From Mobula hypostoma (Eukaryota), in the NCBI RefSeq assembly GCF_963921235.1, contig NC_086107.1:103232001-103296000 (forward strand): 64,000 nt of DNA, given 5' to 3'. Positions within the stretch are counted from its first letter, which is position 1, and the number at the start of each line of letters is the position of its first letter. The notes below the pieces were generated by a model that was not told the origin of the DNA, did not search any database, and saw only the letters and a list, made by a program, of their open reading frames with translations. Made by a program: the position numbers and the translations under genes. This document shows positions 13,626 through 26,119 of the stretch, piece by piece.

Positions 13626-14694
13626 TTCAAAATAAGAAACCAGAAGCCAGAGCATTCTAACTGTCTGGCATGGGGAGGGGTGGCACTGCAGGATTGAAAC
13701 TAGCTGCAGAAAGTTGTGAACACAGCATCATTACGGGCAGTAGCCTCCCGAGCATTCAGGACATCTTCAAACAGCGATGCCTCAGAAAGTTGGCATCCGT
13801 CATTAGGGACGCCCCCCCCGCCCCCCCCCCAGGACATGCCCTGTGCTCATTGCTACCATCAGGAAGGAGGTACAGGAGCCTGAAGGCACACACTCGGTGA
13901 TTCAGGAACAGCTTCTTCCCCTGTGCCATCCGATTTCTAAATGGACATTGAACCCATGAACACTACTTTGCTACTTTTTTTTTTCTTTCTGCACTATTTA
14001 TTTTCATTTAATGTATATGTATATCTTACTGTAATTCAAATTTTATTATGCATTGCAATGTACTGCTGTCACATAGTAACAAATCTCACAGCACATGCCG
14101 GTGATATTAAACCTGATTCTGGTTCTGAACTTGTCCCCTTCTGTCTTAGACACCCTCGCCTCAGAGAAAAGGTTTTGACAACTGCCCTAACCAATCCCCT
14201 CATGATGTTTCATATCTCTGTTAAGTCACCCCTCAGCCTCCTCTGCTCTGGGGAAAAGAGTACGTTTGGCCTTCTGATACCCCAGCCAGACCTGAACCAT
14301 GCACTTGTGACTGGATAACAAACAGAGTGAGCTTCTCAGGCCCTGAAGCCTGCTCCTCAACACAACCTATCTTTGGTAAAGGTAGATTGGAATCATGTTT
14401 CCTCTGGTCTAATCAACCAATCGACAGACACACTAGACAGAGCTTTCCCCTTTCACCTAGAGATGATTACTGACCTTCATTGATATAGAAACACAGGAAA
14501 CCTACAGCACAATACAGGCCCTTTGGCCCACAATGCTGTGCCGAACGTGTACTTATTTAGAAATTACCTAGTGTTACCCATAGCCCTCTATTTTCTGAGT
14601 TCCATGTTCCTGTCCAGGAGTCTCTTAAAAGACCCTAACGTATCCGCCTCCACCACTGTTGCCGGCAGCCCATTCCACGCACTCACCACTCTCT

Positions 14695-15169
14695 CAGACA
14701 TCCCACCTCTCCCAGAAGTTCCGGGAGTCTCCTGCATATTGATAGCGGCTCCCTGATGCCCGCAAATTATATACAGTATCCCGGAAATCGATTTTTTAAA
14801 AAGCAAGCGAGAGAGCGAGAGAGAGAGCACGCCATGGCAGAGTGTTCCAAAAAAATATATAAAACGTACGTCAGACTACACTAAAGTGTACCCCTGCCTA
14901 ATAGGGGTCAAAAATAATGACAGTGTTGATCGCTGCACTGTTTGCAACAGTGACTTTTCTATTGCCCATGGTGGGTTAAGACTGTAAAAGACATGTTGAG
15001 GTGAGTTTAACGGGTGTCATTCGTTCATTAGCATAGCTAACGTTATTTAATCTAGCTGGCTAGCTGCTAAGGAGCTACTCTATTGCAGACATCCCACCTC
15101 TCCCGGAAGTCTCCCACAAATTGATGGTGCTACCTCCCTGAAATGAGTTTTTGCAGGGAGGGATGTCTG
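14695..15169 (+). mobile_element. hAT-type non-autonomous DNA transposon with BED zinc-finger remnant, inserted in a CR1 3' end
   Basis: TIRs cagacatccc ... gggatgtctg; flanks tctct/cctct (5-bp TSD, 4/5 match) interrupt the CR1 sequence accactctctgcgt. Internal frameshifted DYTKVYPCLIGVKNNDSVDRCTVCNSDFSIAHGGL/DCKRHVE is followed by donor gag|gtgagt. Confidence 0.75.
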
Positions 15170-16961
15170 CCTCTGCGTAAAAAAATTACCCCTCATATCT
15201 CCTTGTACCTACTTCCAAGCAGCTTAAAACTGTGCCCTCTTGTGCTGCCATTCCAGCCCTGGGAAAAAGCCTCTGACCATCACCACGTAAGAAGAAAGTG
15301 CAGGGAAATCGGTGGGGGTGGGGGAGTAGGCCACTCAGCCCCTCAAGCCTGCCTTGCCATCCAACACGATCAAAGCTGATCTGCCCCAGGTCTCATCTCT
15401 TCTCAACCAGTTCCCCAAAGCCCACAATCCCACAATCTTCCTAAAATGTAACTACCTCCACTTAAATATCCCCAATGATCTTGCCTCCACCACCCTCTCT
15501 GAGGTAGAGAATTCCAGAGATTCATTACCCTCTGTGAGGAAAAAAAAATCCACAATTTTTGGTTTTTAAGTGACTGTCCTCTATTCTTGAAACAGTATTC
15601 CATTGTTTTAGATTCTTCACTAGTGGAAACATCTGAACACCTACCCTGTCAGGCTCCCTTCGGATCATAAGTTTCCCCAACATTACCCCTCATTCTAAGC
15701 TCCAAGGAATATAGATCCTAATATGGACAAGTACATGGATGGGACCCTATGGAGGGCTTTGATCTGGGTGCAGGTAGATGGGGCTAGGCAGATTAATAGT
15801 TCGGTATGAATTAGATGGGCCGAAAGGCCTGTGCTCTAGTGTTCTCTGATTCTATGATTTTGTTTGGCCTCTTTTGATAGGACAATTCTTTCATCTCAGC
15901 AATTAGCTTGTCAAATCTCCTTTGGCCTGTCTGCTATATGCTGTCTTGGTAAGGGAATGAAAACTACAGTTCTCCAGCTGTTGCCTCGCACTATTGTAAC
16001 CCGAGCTCCCCGAATCTAAACTGCAACCCTTTCGCAATGAAAGCCAACAGGCTGGTTGCCTTCTCTGCTACTTACTGCACCTGCCTGCTCCCTTCTCTTG
16101 TGATTCATGCACTAGAACATCTCGGTCCCTTTGAACTTCACAAGTTTACAGTCTCTCTCCATTGAGATGATAGTCCACTTTTTAATTCCTCTTACCGAGG
16201 TGAACAACCTCAACACTTTTCCACGCTAAGCTCCTTTTGTCAGGTTTTCAACAAATTGTTCAATCCATCTATATCCTGTTGCACAATCATAACGTCCTCT
16301 TCACCACAAGCCTTTCCGCTATTTTCATGTCATTGGCAAACTTGGATACCAGGCACTCTGTCCCCGCAAATCATTAAAAGCTGAAAAACAATCCCTGGGG
16401 TACTCCTCTAGTCACATCCTTTCAGTCTGATAAAGCCTCTTTATTCCTGGTTTCTTTGTGATAATCAATTTTCATTCCAGGTTAGCACATTCCTTCTGAT
16501 ACCATGAGGTCTTATACACCAGCATCTTGTCAAATACTCCTTGGAAATCTAGATATGCCACAGCTACAGGCCCCCCTCTATCAATTTGTTTTGCTACGTC
16601 CTCAAACAACTTCTTAAAACATTATTTATCTTCCAGAAAATCATGTCGGCTTGGCCTGATTACATTAAGCTTTCCTGAATGAGTTATTTCTTCTTCAGTT
16701 ATTGGCTCAGGCACTTTGCCAACAATTTATGTTAAACTAGCACACACCCAAAATGCTGGAGAGACACAGCAGGTCAGGCAGCATCCATGGAAATGAACAA
16801 GGAGTCGACGTTTTGGTCAGACTAACTGGCCGGTAATGAAGGAGCACCTCTTTCATCTGTCCCTTCCCCTTCCCTTTCTCCAATGGTCCACTCTCCTCTC
16901 CTATCGGATTCCTTCTTCTTCAACCCTGTACCTTTTCCACCTTTCACTTTCCAGCTTCTCA

Positions 16962-17490
16962 CCCTAACTTGGAGTACTGTGCTCAGTTCTGGTCGCCTCA
17001 CTACAGGAAGGATGTGGAAACTACACAAAGGGTGCAGAGGAGATTTACAAGGCTGTTGCCTGGATTGGGGAGCATGCCTTATGAGAATAGGTTGAGTGAA
17101 CTCGGCCTTTTCTCCTTGGGGCGATGGAGGATGAGAGGTGACCTGATAGAGGTGTATAAGATGATGAGAGGCATTGATCGTGTGGATGGTCAGAGGCTTT
17201 TTCCCAGGGCTGAAATGGTTAATAGGAGAAGGCATAGTTTTAAGGTGCAGAGGAGATTTCAGGAGTAAGTTTTTTTACGCAGAGCGTGGTGAGTGTGTGG
17301 AATGGGCTCATGGTGACGGTGGTGGAGGTGGATACAATAGGGTCTTTTAAGAGGCTCCTGGGCAGGTACAGGGAGCTTAGAAAAATAGAGGACTATGGGT
17401 AACCCTAGGTAACTTCAAAGGTAAGGACATGTTCGGCACAGCTTTGTGGGCCAAAGGAACTGTATTGTGCTGTAGGTTTTCTATGTTTCT
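16962..17490 (+). mobile_element. CR1 LINE 3' fragment
   Basis: LEYCAQFWSPHYRKDVE..RVQRRFTRLLPGL..MRGDLIEVYKMMRGID; same subfamily as 2305-2933. Confidence 0.87.
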
Positions 17491-17929
17491 ACCTCTCCCA
17501 CCCTCCACCCACCTACATCCCCCCTCACTCGGCCTCGCCTTCCAGCTTACACTACTCTTCTTCCCCACCCCCCCACCCCACCTTCTTATTCTGGCCTCTG
17601 TCCTGAAGAAGGGTCTTGGCCTGAAATATTGGCTCTTTATTCATTTCCATAGATGCTGCCTGACCTGCTGAGTTCCTCCAGCATTTTGTGTGTGTGGGGT
17701 ATCTGGATTTCCAGCTTCTGCAGAATCCCTTGCATTTAAAATCTCCATTCAAACGGTTACAAGCTAATTAAATTGAATTTTCCAAAATATTACAAGGAAT
17801 TGAGAAAGTGAAAAGACAGGATTTCTAATTAATAGTTCTAACAGCTGATTAGCATTGGAATAGGGAATACAGTCTCAAAATAAATAGTGTGACACCTTTC
17901 AGGGTGACAATTTCCACACTGCCGTTATG

Positions 17930-18325
17930 CCACTGGTGTTAATGAAGATCCTCCATCTCTGGTAGTGTTCAGGGCTTCCTTCATCGTGTCAGTAGCTTCC
18001 TCTCGATTTTCACTACCGTCAGTCATGCATTTTCTGGGTGGAGACTCAGGAATACCGTCACACTCGGATGTAGAAGGATTCTTCATTGCTGTTTCCATAA
18101 CAATTTTGTTTGACCAGTCAGGGTTGTTAGCCCTGAGCTGAACCCCTGAACCTGGAGGAGCGGTTGACCACTCTTAGTGTGGCCTCTACCCTTTGACCTC
18201 TTTGGCATGAATGACCCTACCAAGAGCCAAAGCATAAAGCCCTGACTCCAGACAACATCACTCTCCAGGTCACTGAGGCACGCAAGCCTCCAAACCCAAT
18301 TTCAAGTTTGTGGTCCTCTTGGAGG
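17930..18325 (-). mobile_element. RTE-derived non-autonomous element (5'UTR-like)
   Basis: The - strand ggaggcttgcgtgcctcagtgacctggagag...ggtagggtc..gccaaagaggtcaaaggg..ccaggttcaggggttcagctcagggctaacaaccc resembles RTE 5' UTRs (recall). Confidence 0.45.
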
Positions 18326-21110
18326 AATTTCTGCTCAGAGAGTGATAAAATAGCAAAGATATTATGTAATTAATGTTAAATTAATTAATTTTAAACGGAG
18401 CTTGACAAATTTCTGGTAACCAAAGGATGTGGGGAGAAAGCGGGCAAAAATGTCAATGAGCATTCATGATCTCATGATGGCAGAATGGCCTGTTTGTATC
18501 TGGTATTTTACATGTCCTTTTCCTGTTGATATTAAATGTTATTAATGGATGAAAGATTGGCTGACTGGCAGAAGTCAGGGAATAGAGGAGTCCTTTTCGA
18601 GTTGGCTGCCATTAGCTAGTGGAGATGTGCAGGAGTCGGCGCTGGGGAGCGCAGCTGCTCAAAGATTCAAAATACATTTATTATCAAAGTCTATATGCAG
18701 TATACAACCCTGAGATTTGTCTTCCCACAGACAACCTCGAAACTAAGAAAACAGTGGAACCCATTTAAAGAAAAACATCAAACCCCCAACGCGCAAAATT
18801 TCGCGCAAACAGCGAGAAAAAGAGCGGGCGGAAAACACAGAATACGAAACACCAAATTACAAAGACATCGAAAGAGTCCCGGCTTATTGAGCTCAGCTCA
18901 GTTCAGTGCCGCATCTTTCGCTACCCGGAGTCCGCAGCGCTGGTCCACCCCGGTGAAAATCGCACTACACAGCAACGAGGAAAGGAGTGACCAGAAACCA
19001 GAAACACATCATAACGTGAACTACAGAGTCCAGTCCACAAACCACATCAATTAAACCTTGCCCCAGACACATAGACTTCTCTGGGCATAATCAACAAATC
19101 TATAGAATAATAACTGTAACAGAAATAATGAAAGACCGTTCAACTAGGCCATTCTACCAGAGTGCAGAAGACAACGAACTGTGCAAATGCAAAAAGAAGA
19201 AACAATAACATAAGTAAATAAGCAATAATTATCGAGAAGATGGGATGACAAATCCATTGGCTGTGGTGGTGCAAGTGAAGTTGAGTGAAGTTATCCCGTT
19301 GGGTTCAAGGACCTGATGGTTGAGGGGGAGTAACCGTTCCTGAACCTGGTGGTGCGAGTCCTGAGGCTCCTGTACCTTCTTCCTGATGGCAGCAGATAGG
19401 CAATGGAGGAGGTGGAGGCGCAGAGGCAGGGTATCTGCAAATGGACGGACGGTTTGGGAGACGGAATACAGCATAGGAAAGTATGGGGCCATGCACTTTG
19501 GTAGGAAGAATAAAGATGCAGACTTTTCTGAATGGAGAGAAAATTCAAAAATTCAGAGCTGCAAAGGGACTTGGGAGTCCTAGTTCATGATTCCCTCAAC
19601 GTTAATTTGTAGGTTTAGTTGGTATTAAGGAAGGCAAATACAATGTTCACATTTATTTTGAGAGGACTAAAATATAAAAGCAAGGATATACCTGTACTGC
19701 TAAATCTTTGTTAACGGTTGGTCAGGCGGCATTTGGAATATTGCGAGCTCTTTAGGACCCTGTAACTAAGGATGGATGTGCTGGCCTCAGAGAGGGTCCA
19801 GAGGAGGCTTACAAGAATGACCCCAGGAATGAAAAGGTTAACATGAGGTCTGTTTGGAGTTTAGAAGAATGAGGGGTAAAGCTATTGGATATTGAAAGGC
19901 CTGGGTAGGGTGGATGTGGAGATATGCTTCCATTAGTAGGAGGATCTGGGGTTCAGGACACTTCCTCAGAATAAAGGGTCTGAGAAGAGGAGGAATATCT
20001 TCAACAAGCAGGTGGTGAATCTGGAGAATTTGTTGCCCCTGAGGACTGTAGAGGCCATTCATTGAGTGTATTTAAGGCAGAGATGAATAGGTTCTTAATT
20101 GGCAAGGGGGTTATGGGAAGAAGGCAGGAGAATGGACGGGTTAAAAAAATCGGCCTTGGTAGAATGGCTGAGTAGACATGATGGGCGGGATGGCCTAACT
20201 CTGCTCTGTTTTGTATGGTTTTATGGTTGATTCCTTCACATAACACATTATTTAGTTGACCTTTACTTAACCCTGCTGCTGTCTGAGTGCTGGGCCTTGA
20301 CGGTTCACTCGAAGTCCCAGTGGGAATGATAGCATTGTATCGCCATGTCTTCCATTCTGATGGATGGTGAACATATGCAGTAACCAGAGGGATTGGAATT
20401 CTGTGAGTGATAAACTATGGAGCAGAATCGGGAGAAGAAATGGGAAAGAAGCATTCAATTCACCTTCTTTCAGTTACTTACCTCATAGGGCAGTTCCAAT
20501 TGTTAAACAAGGTAAGCCCCGGGGGATAGCAAAGAGAGTTACCAACATGGAAATAATAAAATACCGCAGATACCGGAAATGTAAAATAAATTCAGAGCCT
20601 GCTTGGGAGACTCAGCAGGTCAGGCTGCAGCCGTGGAGAGACAGTCAACTTTTCTGGTCGAAAACCCTTCATCAGCTGGCCAGTGTTTTGGGAGTTGAGT
20701 TGGAGAGCAGGGAGGGAGTACTGCGGGAGATGGTGGGTCAGGTTTGATGGTGGGTAGTGCCAGTGAGGAGGGGAGAAGGGGCATGGGAGTCACTGGAATT
20801 AGGATGTAATATTTAGAACAGAGGGGATTTTGCGGGGTGCCAGTGCATCTCATTTATTGAATCTGATCCCAACCACTCCCGCTAACGCTGGCCTAGTTCG
20901 ACCAGCCCCTCCTGCTCTTTGTCCAGCATCCAATTACATTAAAGTAGTGTTGGTTCCAAAGTATCTCTCCATAATGCCTCCTGCTTGCTTCTGACATTGC
21001 TCCTTGCTTTTGTTTCAAGGACCCCTCCCCCAGGTATCGGGCCTGGGACGAGACAACTATGTTCTGTTCCCAGCCACCACCACCCCCCCCCCGGCAAACG
21101 GTGTGTGTGA

Positions 21111-21566
21111 TCTGAATACAGTGGAGCTGGCACACGTCTGTATACAGTGCAGCCAGCGTGTGAACTGGATCCAGTGATGTTGGTGTTTGAGTTGGATCCA
21201 GTGGGACTGACGTGTGAACTGGTGGTTCCAGCTGGATCCAATAGAATAGACACGTGAAATGGTTCCAGTGGGCCTGGTATGTGACTTGGTTCCTGTAGAG
21301 TTTGCGTGCAAACTGGATACAGTAGAGTTGCTGCGTGACGTGGATCCAGTGGATTATCGGTGTGAGCTGGATCCAGAGGAACTGCTGCATGACCTGGATC
21401 CAGTGATAGTGCCTACGTGCACTGGATCCAGTGGAACTGGAGTGTGAATTGCACGCAGTGGGATTTCTGTGCGAATTGGATCCAGTGGGACTGGTGTGTG
21501 AACTGTATGCAGTGGGATTTCTGTGGGAATTGGATCCAGTGGGACTACTGGGTGCACTGGATCCAG
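21111..21566. repeat. 27-bp-period tandem array with palindromic core ACTGGATCCAGT (about 17 units)
   Basis: GGATCC-type cores at 21140, 21167, 21194, 21234, 21261, 21288, 21315, 21342, 21369, 21396, 21424, 21451, 21478, 21505, 21532, 21559; spacing is 27 except one 40 and one 28. A further degenerate core lies at about 21114. Confidence 0.9.
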
Positions 21567-22423
21567 CAGCACTGTAATACCCTCCTGAAATGCAGTTGGT
21601 TGTTGGAAGCTGGATTGTGGCCTGTGTTGGGGATGGTGCTTTGTCTGTGGGGGCAGGGGACGTGGGTATATGAGAGGACAGAGGGAGGCTGTTGTTCAGA
21701 GATCTCATTGCTAAACATCCATTTTCTTCCCCACCGGGTCTCTGGTGCACAGTCAGCCCGCAATGAACCAGGTGTACCTTGATTGTAAGAAGGAAATCCT
21801 GCTCTCCGTGCGGCAGGACGACTCACTATACGGTTTCATCTGTGACATTTCCTCCTTCTCAGGCTTGCAGAGCATAACCAGTAACCACTTGTTTTCACAA
21901 CTCAGGCCCGTTCTCCAGATGTTCCTTGTTGCCTCTGCAGCTGCTTTTGCTGGGTTTCTAGCTCGGCTGGTATTTGAACTGACATCATGTGGATCAGTGA
22001 GTCTGAATCGGTCACACCCCATGGTCATTAGACTTGCTCCCGTTCCTCTGTCGTCGAGCAGTGAAACAAGCAACCTGCTGATGCGTACTGACACTGCTGC
22101 CACAGAGTTATACAGTGCAAAACAGTCCCTTCAGCCCAACACATCCATGCTAACCAAGCTAGGCCCATTTGCCCACAACCCTCCAAACCTTTTCTATCCA
22201 AATACCTATCAAAATGTCTTTCTGTACCTTTTAATTGCGCCCGCCTCCACCATTTCCTCTGGCAGCTCATTCCATATACATACCACTGTGTCTGGAAAAA
22301 CTGCTGCTGTCCATAAGGAGTTTATCCGTTCCCCCTGTGTCCACGTGGGTTTCCTCTGGGGGATCTGGTCTCGTGCGGTTCGCAGCTCAAAGGGCCGGAA
22401 GGACCGACTCCACTCCGCACCTC

Positions 22424-22619
22424 AATCAACCAATCAATCAATAAACAAATTAATTAATCAATCAACCAATAAACAAATTAATTAACCAATCAACCAATCA
22501 ACCAATCAATAAACAAATTAATCAATCAATCAATCAATAAACAAATTAATTGATCAATCAACCAATAAACAAATTAATTAATTAATCAATCAATCAATAA
22601 ACAAATTAATTAATCAATC
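22424..22619. repeat. (AATC/AATT/AAAC)n tetranucleotide-derived repeat
   Basis: caatcaaccaatcaatcaataaacaaattaattaatcaatc..., repeated with higher-order units. Confidence 0.9.
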
Positions 22620-23319
22620 TTTCCCCTCTGACCTTAAATCTATTGCATGTCTTCTTATGTACTCTCTCTCATTTTGGGAAGCAGACCTTATCCACAGCCT
22701 CTTGGTTTTATGAGTTTAACCCTCAGTCTCCTATGCTTCTGGATAAAAAAAAAGGGTCCCAGACTATCTAGCACTCCTTATAATTCAAGCCCTCCTGCTT
22801 TGGTAGCATCTCCTTTTCTGAAGCAACATACACAAATTGCTGGAGGGAGTTCCCTGTCTACCTGTATCAGAGAACCTTGCAATTCTAGGACTCATTGTTC
22901 TGCAGCCCTCCCCAGGCCCCTACTATGTCCATTCGTTCCTGGGGCCTCTTTCATAGTCGAGTAGTCCAAGGAGATTGCCAGGAATTCAACCAAGTTTTGC
23001 TACAACTTTACAAAGTTGTGGAACTAAAGACTGCTTTTTGGTGTGGATGTAATGCAGCCACAAATATTTTCAAGTAACTACACATTCAGTCCTGTTGAAA
23101 ATGCCAGTTAATGATGGCAGCAGCGAGAAGAGAGCATGTCCTGGGTGGTGGGGGTCCCTGATGATGGATGCTGCTTTTCTGAGACAGCGTTTCATGTAGA
23201 TGTGCTCAATGGTTGAGAGCTTTGGACTGGGCTATATCCACTGCCTTTTGTAGGATTAATCCTTTGAGGTAAGAAAGTCTAGAGATTCACCACTGTCTGC
23301 AAGTTTTTTTTCTAATAAC

Positions 23320-23646
23320 CGGGCATGTGGCCAAGTGGTTAAGGCCAAGTGGTTAAGGCATTGGGCTAGCAACCTGAAGGTCGTGAGTTCGAGCCCCAAC
23401 CGAGGCAACGTGTTGTGTCCTCGAGCAAGGCACTTAATCACACATTGCTCTGCGACGATACTGGTGCCAAGCTGTATGGGTCCTAATGCCCTTCCCTTGG
23501 ACAACATCGGTGTCGTGGACAGGGGAGACTTGCAGCATGGGCAACTGCCGGTCTTCCATACAACCTTGCCCAGGCCTGCACCCTGGAGAGTGAAGACTTT
23601 CCAGGCGCAGATCCATGGTCTCGCAAGACTAACGGATGCCTTTAAC
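23320..23646 (+). mobile_element. tRNA-derived SINE with duplicated A-box
   Basis: A-box tggccaagtgg is present twice (ggccaagtggttaa x2); B-box gagttcgagcc; body gtgttgtgtcctcgagcaaggcacttaatc. Confidence 0.75.
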
Positions 23647-23711
23647 CACCCCTGAATTTGTAACTATGACCCATTGCTCAAGATTCCCCCACCAATGGAT
23701 GTGACTACCCA

Positions 23712-24058
23712 TATAACAATTACAGCACGGAAACAGGCCATCTGGGCCCTTCTAGTCCATGCCGAACTCTTACCCTATCCTAGTCCCACCGACCTGCACT
23801 CAGCCCATAACCCTCCATTCCTTTCCTGTCCATATATCTATCCAATTTAACTTTAAACGACAACATCGAACCTGCCTCAACCACTTCTGCTGGAAGCTCG
23901 TTCCACACAGCTACCGCTCTCTGAGTAAAGAAGTTCCCCTTTGTGTTACCCCTAAACTTTTGCCCCTTAACTCTCAACTCATGTCCTCTTGTTTGAATCT
24001 CCCCGACTCTCAATGGAAAAAGCCTATCCACGTCAACTCTGTCTATCCCCCTCATAAT
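23712..24058 (-). mobile_element. CR1 LINE 3' end
   Basis: IMRGIDRVDVDRLFPLRVGEIQTRGHELRVKGQKFRGNTKGNFFTQRAVAVWNELP. Confidence 0.85.
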
Positions 24059-24450
24059 GGGGAGTGAGGCTCTTTGAGGATCTTGATGATTTCCTCTCAG
24101 TGGAATTAGAATTGATTTATTATTGGAACGTGTACTGAGAAAGGCTTTAGTTTGCAAACAGAAAAACACTTCAACCACTTGTGATCGGACAACTCAATGT
24201 GCATTAAAACGAAGAATCTGAATCAGAATCATGTTTACTATCGCTGACGTACGCCGTGAAATGTGTAGTTTTGAAGCAACAGTACAAAGCAATGCATAAA
24301 ATCATGCTTTAAGCTACAATAAGTATATATGAAATGTACGTAGTGCAAAAAGAGAGCAGAATGTGAGCTACTGTTCCTGCGTTCACCGTGGCAGAGGGGA
24401 AGAAGCTGCTCCTAAAACATTGGTAAGATAAGATAAACATTTATTTATCA

Positions 24451-24652
24451 CAACACTCACAACACGCTGGAGGAACTCAGCAGGTCGGGCAGCATCCACG
24501 GAAACGACCAGTCAACGTTTCGGGCCGGAACCCTTCGCCAGGACACTGGTCCCGGCCCGAAACGTCGACTGATCTTTTCCGCGGATGCTGCCCGACCTTC
24601 TGAGTTCCTCCAGCGTGTTGTGAGTGTTGCTTTGACCCCAGCATCTGCAGAG
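24451..24652. repeat. Head-to-head inverted pair of Penelope-derived pLTR units (about 180-bp imperfect palindrome)
   Basis: caacactcacaacacgctggaggaactcag... at 24451 is mirrored by ...ctgagttcctccagcgtgttgtgagtgttg ending at 24629. Hammerhead-derived sequence sits at the centre. Confidence 0.8.
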
Positions 24653-26119
24653 TGTTTTGTTTTTATAATTATCATTGCAAGGCCGCTCAGTTAGAAATAT
24701 ATACTTTAAAATACAAAATGTAAGCATTGAGGTATGAAAAACGATACAAAATGTGGGCTGAATAGTGCAAAATACAGATGTACAATGAAACCGTCTACTT
24801 AGATACTTAAGGAGGAGGAGTTGTAGAGGTCTATAGCCACAGGGAGAAAGGATCTCCTGTGGCCTTCAGTGGTGTATCTTGACGGAATCAATCTGTTACT
24901 AAAGGTGCCCCTCTCTTTGTCCAGTGTGTCACGGAGGGGTGAGAGGGTTGTCTATAATGCTGTGTAGCTCCTGCAGCATCCTCCTCTCAGACACAACCAT
25001 CAGGGAATCCACTTCCACCCCAGAACAGAACCAGCCTTCCTGACGAGCTTCTCGATCTTCTCGGTGTCAGCTGCTCTCACCCTGCTGCCCCAGCAGACCA
25101 CAGCGTAGAATAGAAAGCTGGCCACCACTGAAGTGGTAGAACATCTGCACCATGGTACTGCAGACATTGAATGACCAGAACCTGCTCAGGAAGTACAGTC
25201 AGCTCTGTCCCTTCTTGTGCATTTTTAGTCCAGTCCAGTTTATGGTCCAGGTGAGTTCCCAGGTACTTGCAGCCCTGGAGTGTGTGTCCTGAGGCTCCTG
25301 TACCTCCTCCCTGATGATAGTAATGAGAAGAGGGCATGTCCTGGGTGCCGAGGGTCCTTGATGATGGATGCCGCCTTCTTGAGGCCCCACCGTTTACAGA
25401 TGTCCTCGATGATTGACTCCAATGCAACCAAATTTCGGAAGAGAAGCCACAATAACTCTGCACAGCAGTCAGGGACCTGAAGGGAGAGGTCCAAGGTGGA
25501 AAGACAGCAGGGGGACAGGAGTCAGAGAATTTGGGGAGGGGGTTTCCTCGGCTGAGGAGCTTGGCAGCTGAAGGTGTGGACACACCACTGATGGAAGCCG
25601 GTACCGCAGGAAAGGCCAAGTTGGAGGCGTCCATAGGGCGGGAGGTGTGGAGGAGGAAGGGGCAGGGGAGAGCCTGCAATAATGGGAAGGTAGGATGAAC
25701 ACTTTGCCAGTCTCTGAGACTCAGTGTTGGCTAGTACGGACAGAGCGGAATGGAGGCTTGGAGGATTTCAGGTGTTTAGTGTCTCCAGAGTCACAGGCTC
25801 ATTCAGCATAGAAATGAGCCATTTGGCCCATTAAATCTGTGCCAACCATCAACCATTCACACCAATCCCATTAGATTCAAGCATTCGGGCAGTGATTTAA
25901 CCTACCAGCCTACGTATCGTTGGGATGTGGGAGGAAATGCTCACAGTTGTAGGGAAAGGATGCGAACGCCACACAGACATCAGCTAAGGTCAGGAAAGAA
26001 CCTGCTCCACTGGAATTGTGAGGCAGCCCCTCTACCACCTGTCCCATTGTGCAGGCCACATTTAACTTCATACGCATGTCATCAGCTATAAATATACAGA
26101 CCTTATCAGGCAACGTGAA

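Noticed and set aside
21111..21566. CRISPR array
   Set aside because: Eukaryotic context, no cas genes, spacers of only about 15 bp that are related to each other, and a total period of 27 bp.
21745..22485. 246-aa + strand ORF as a gene
   Set aside because: Non-ATG start. It runs through CR1 3'-end, V-SINE and (AATC)n repeat sequence, and has no recognisable domain.
23320..23400. tRNA gene
   Set aside because: A/B boxes are present, but the A-box is duplicated, there is no acceptor stem or Pol III terminator, and a SINE body follows. The same applies to 57035, 11375 and 29540.
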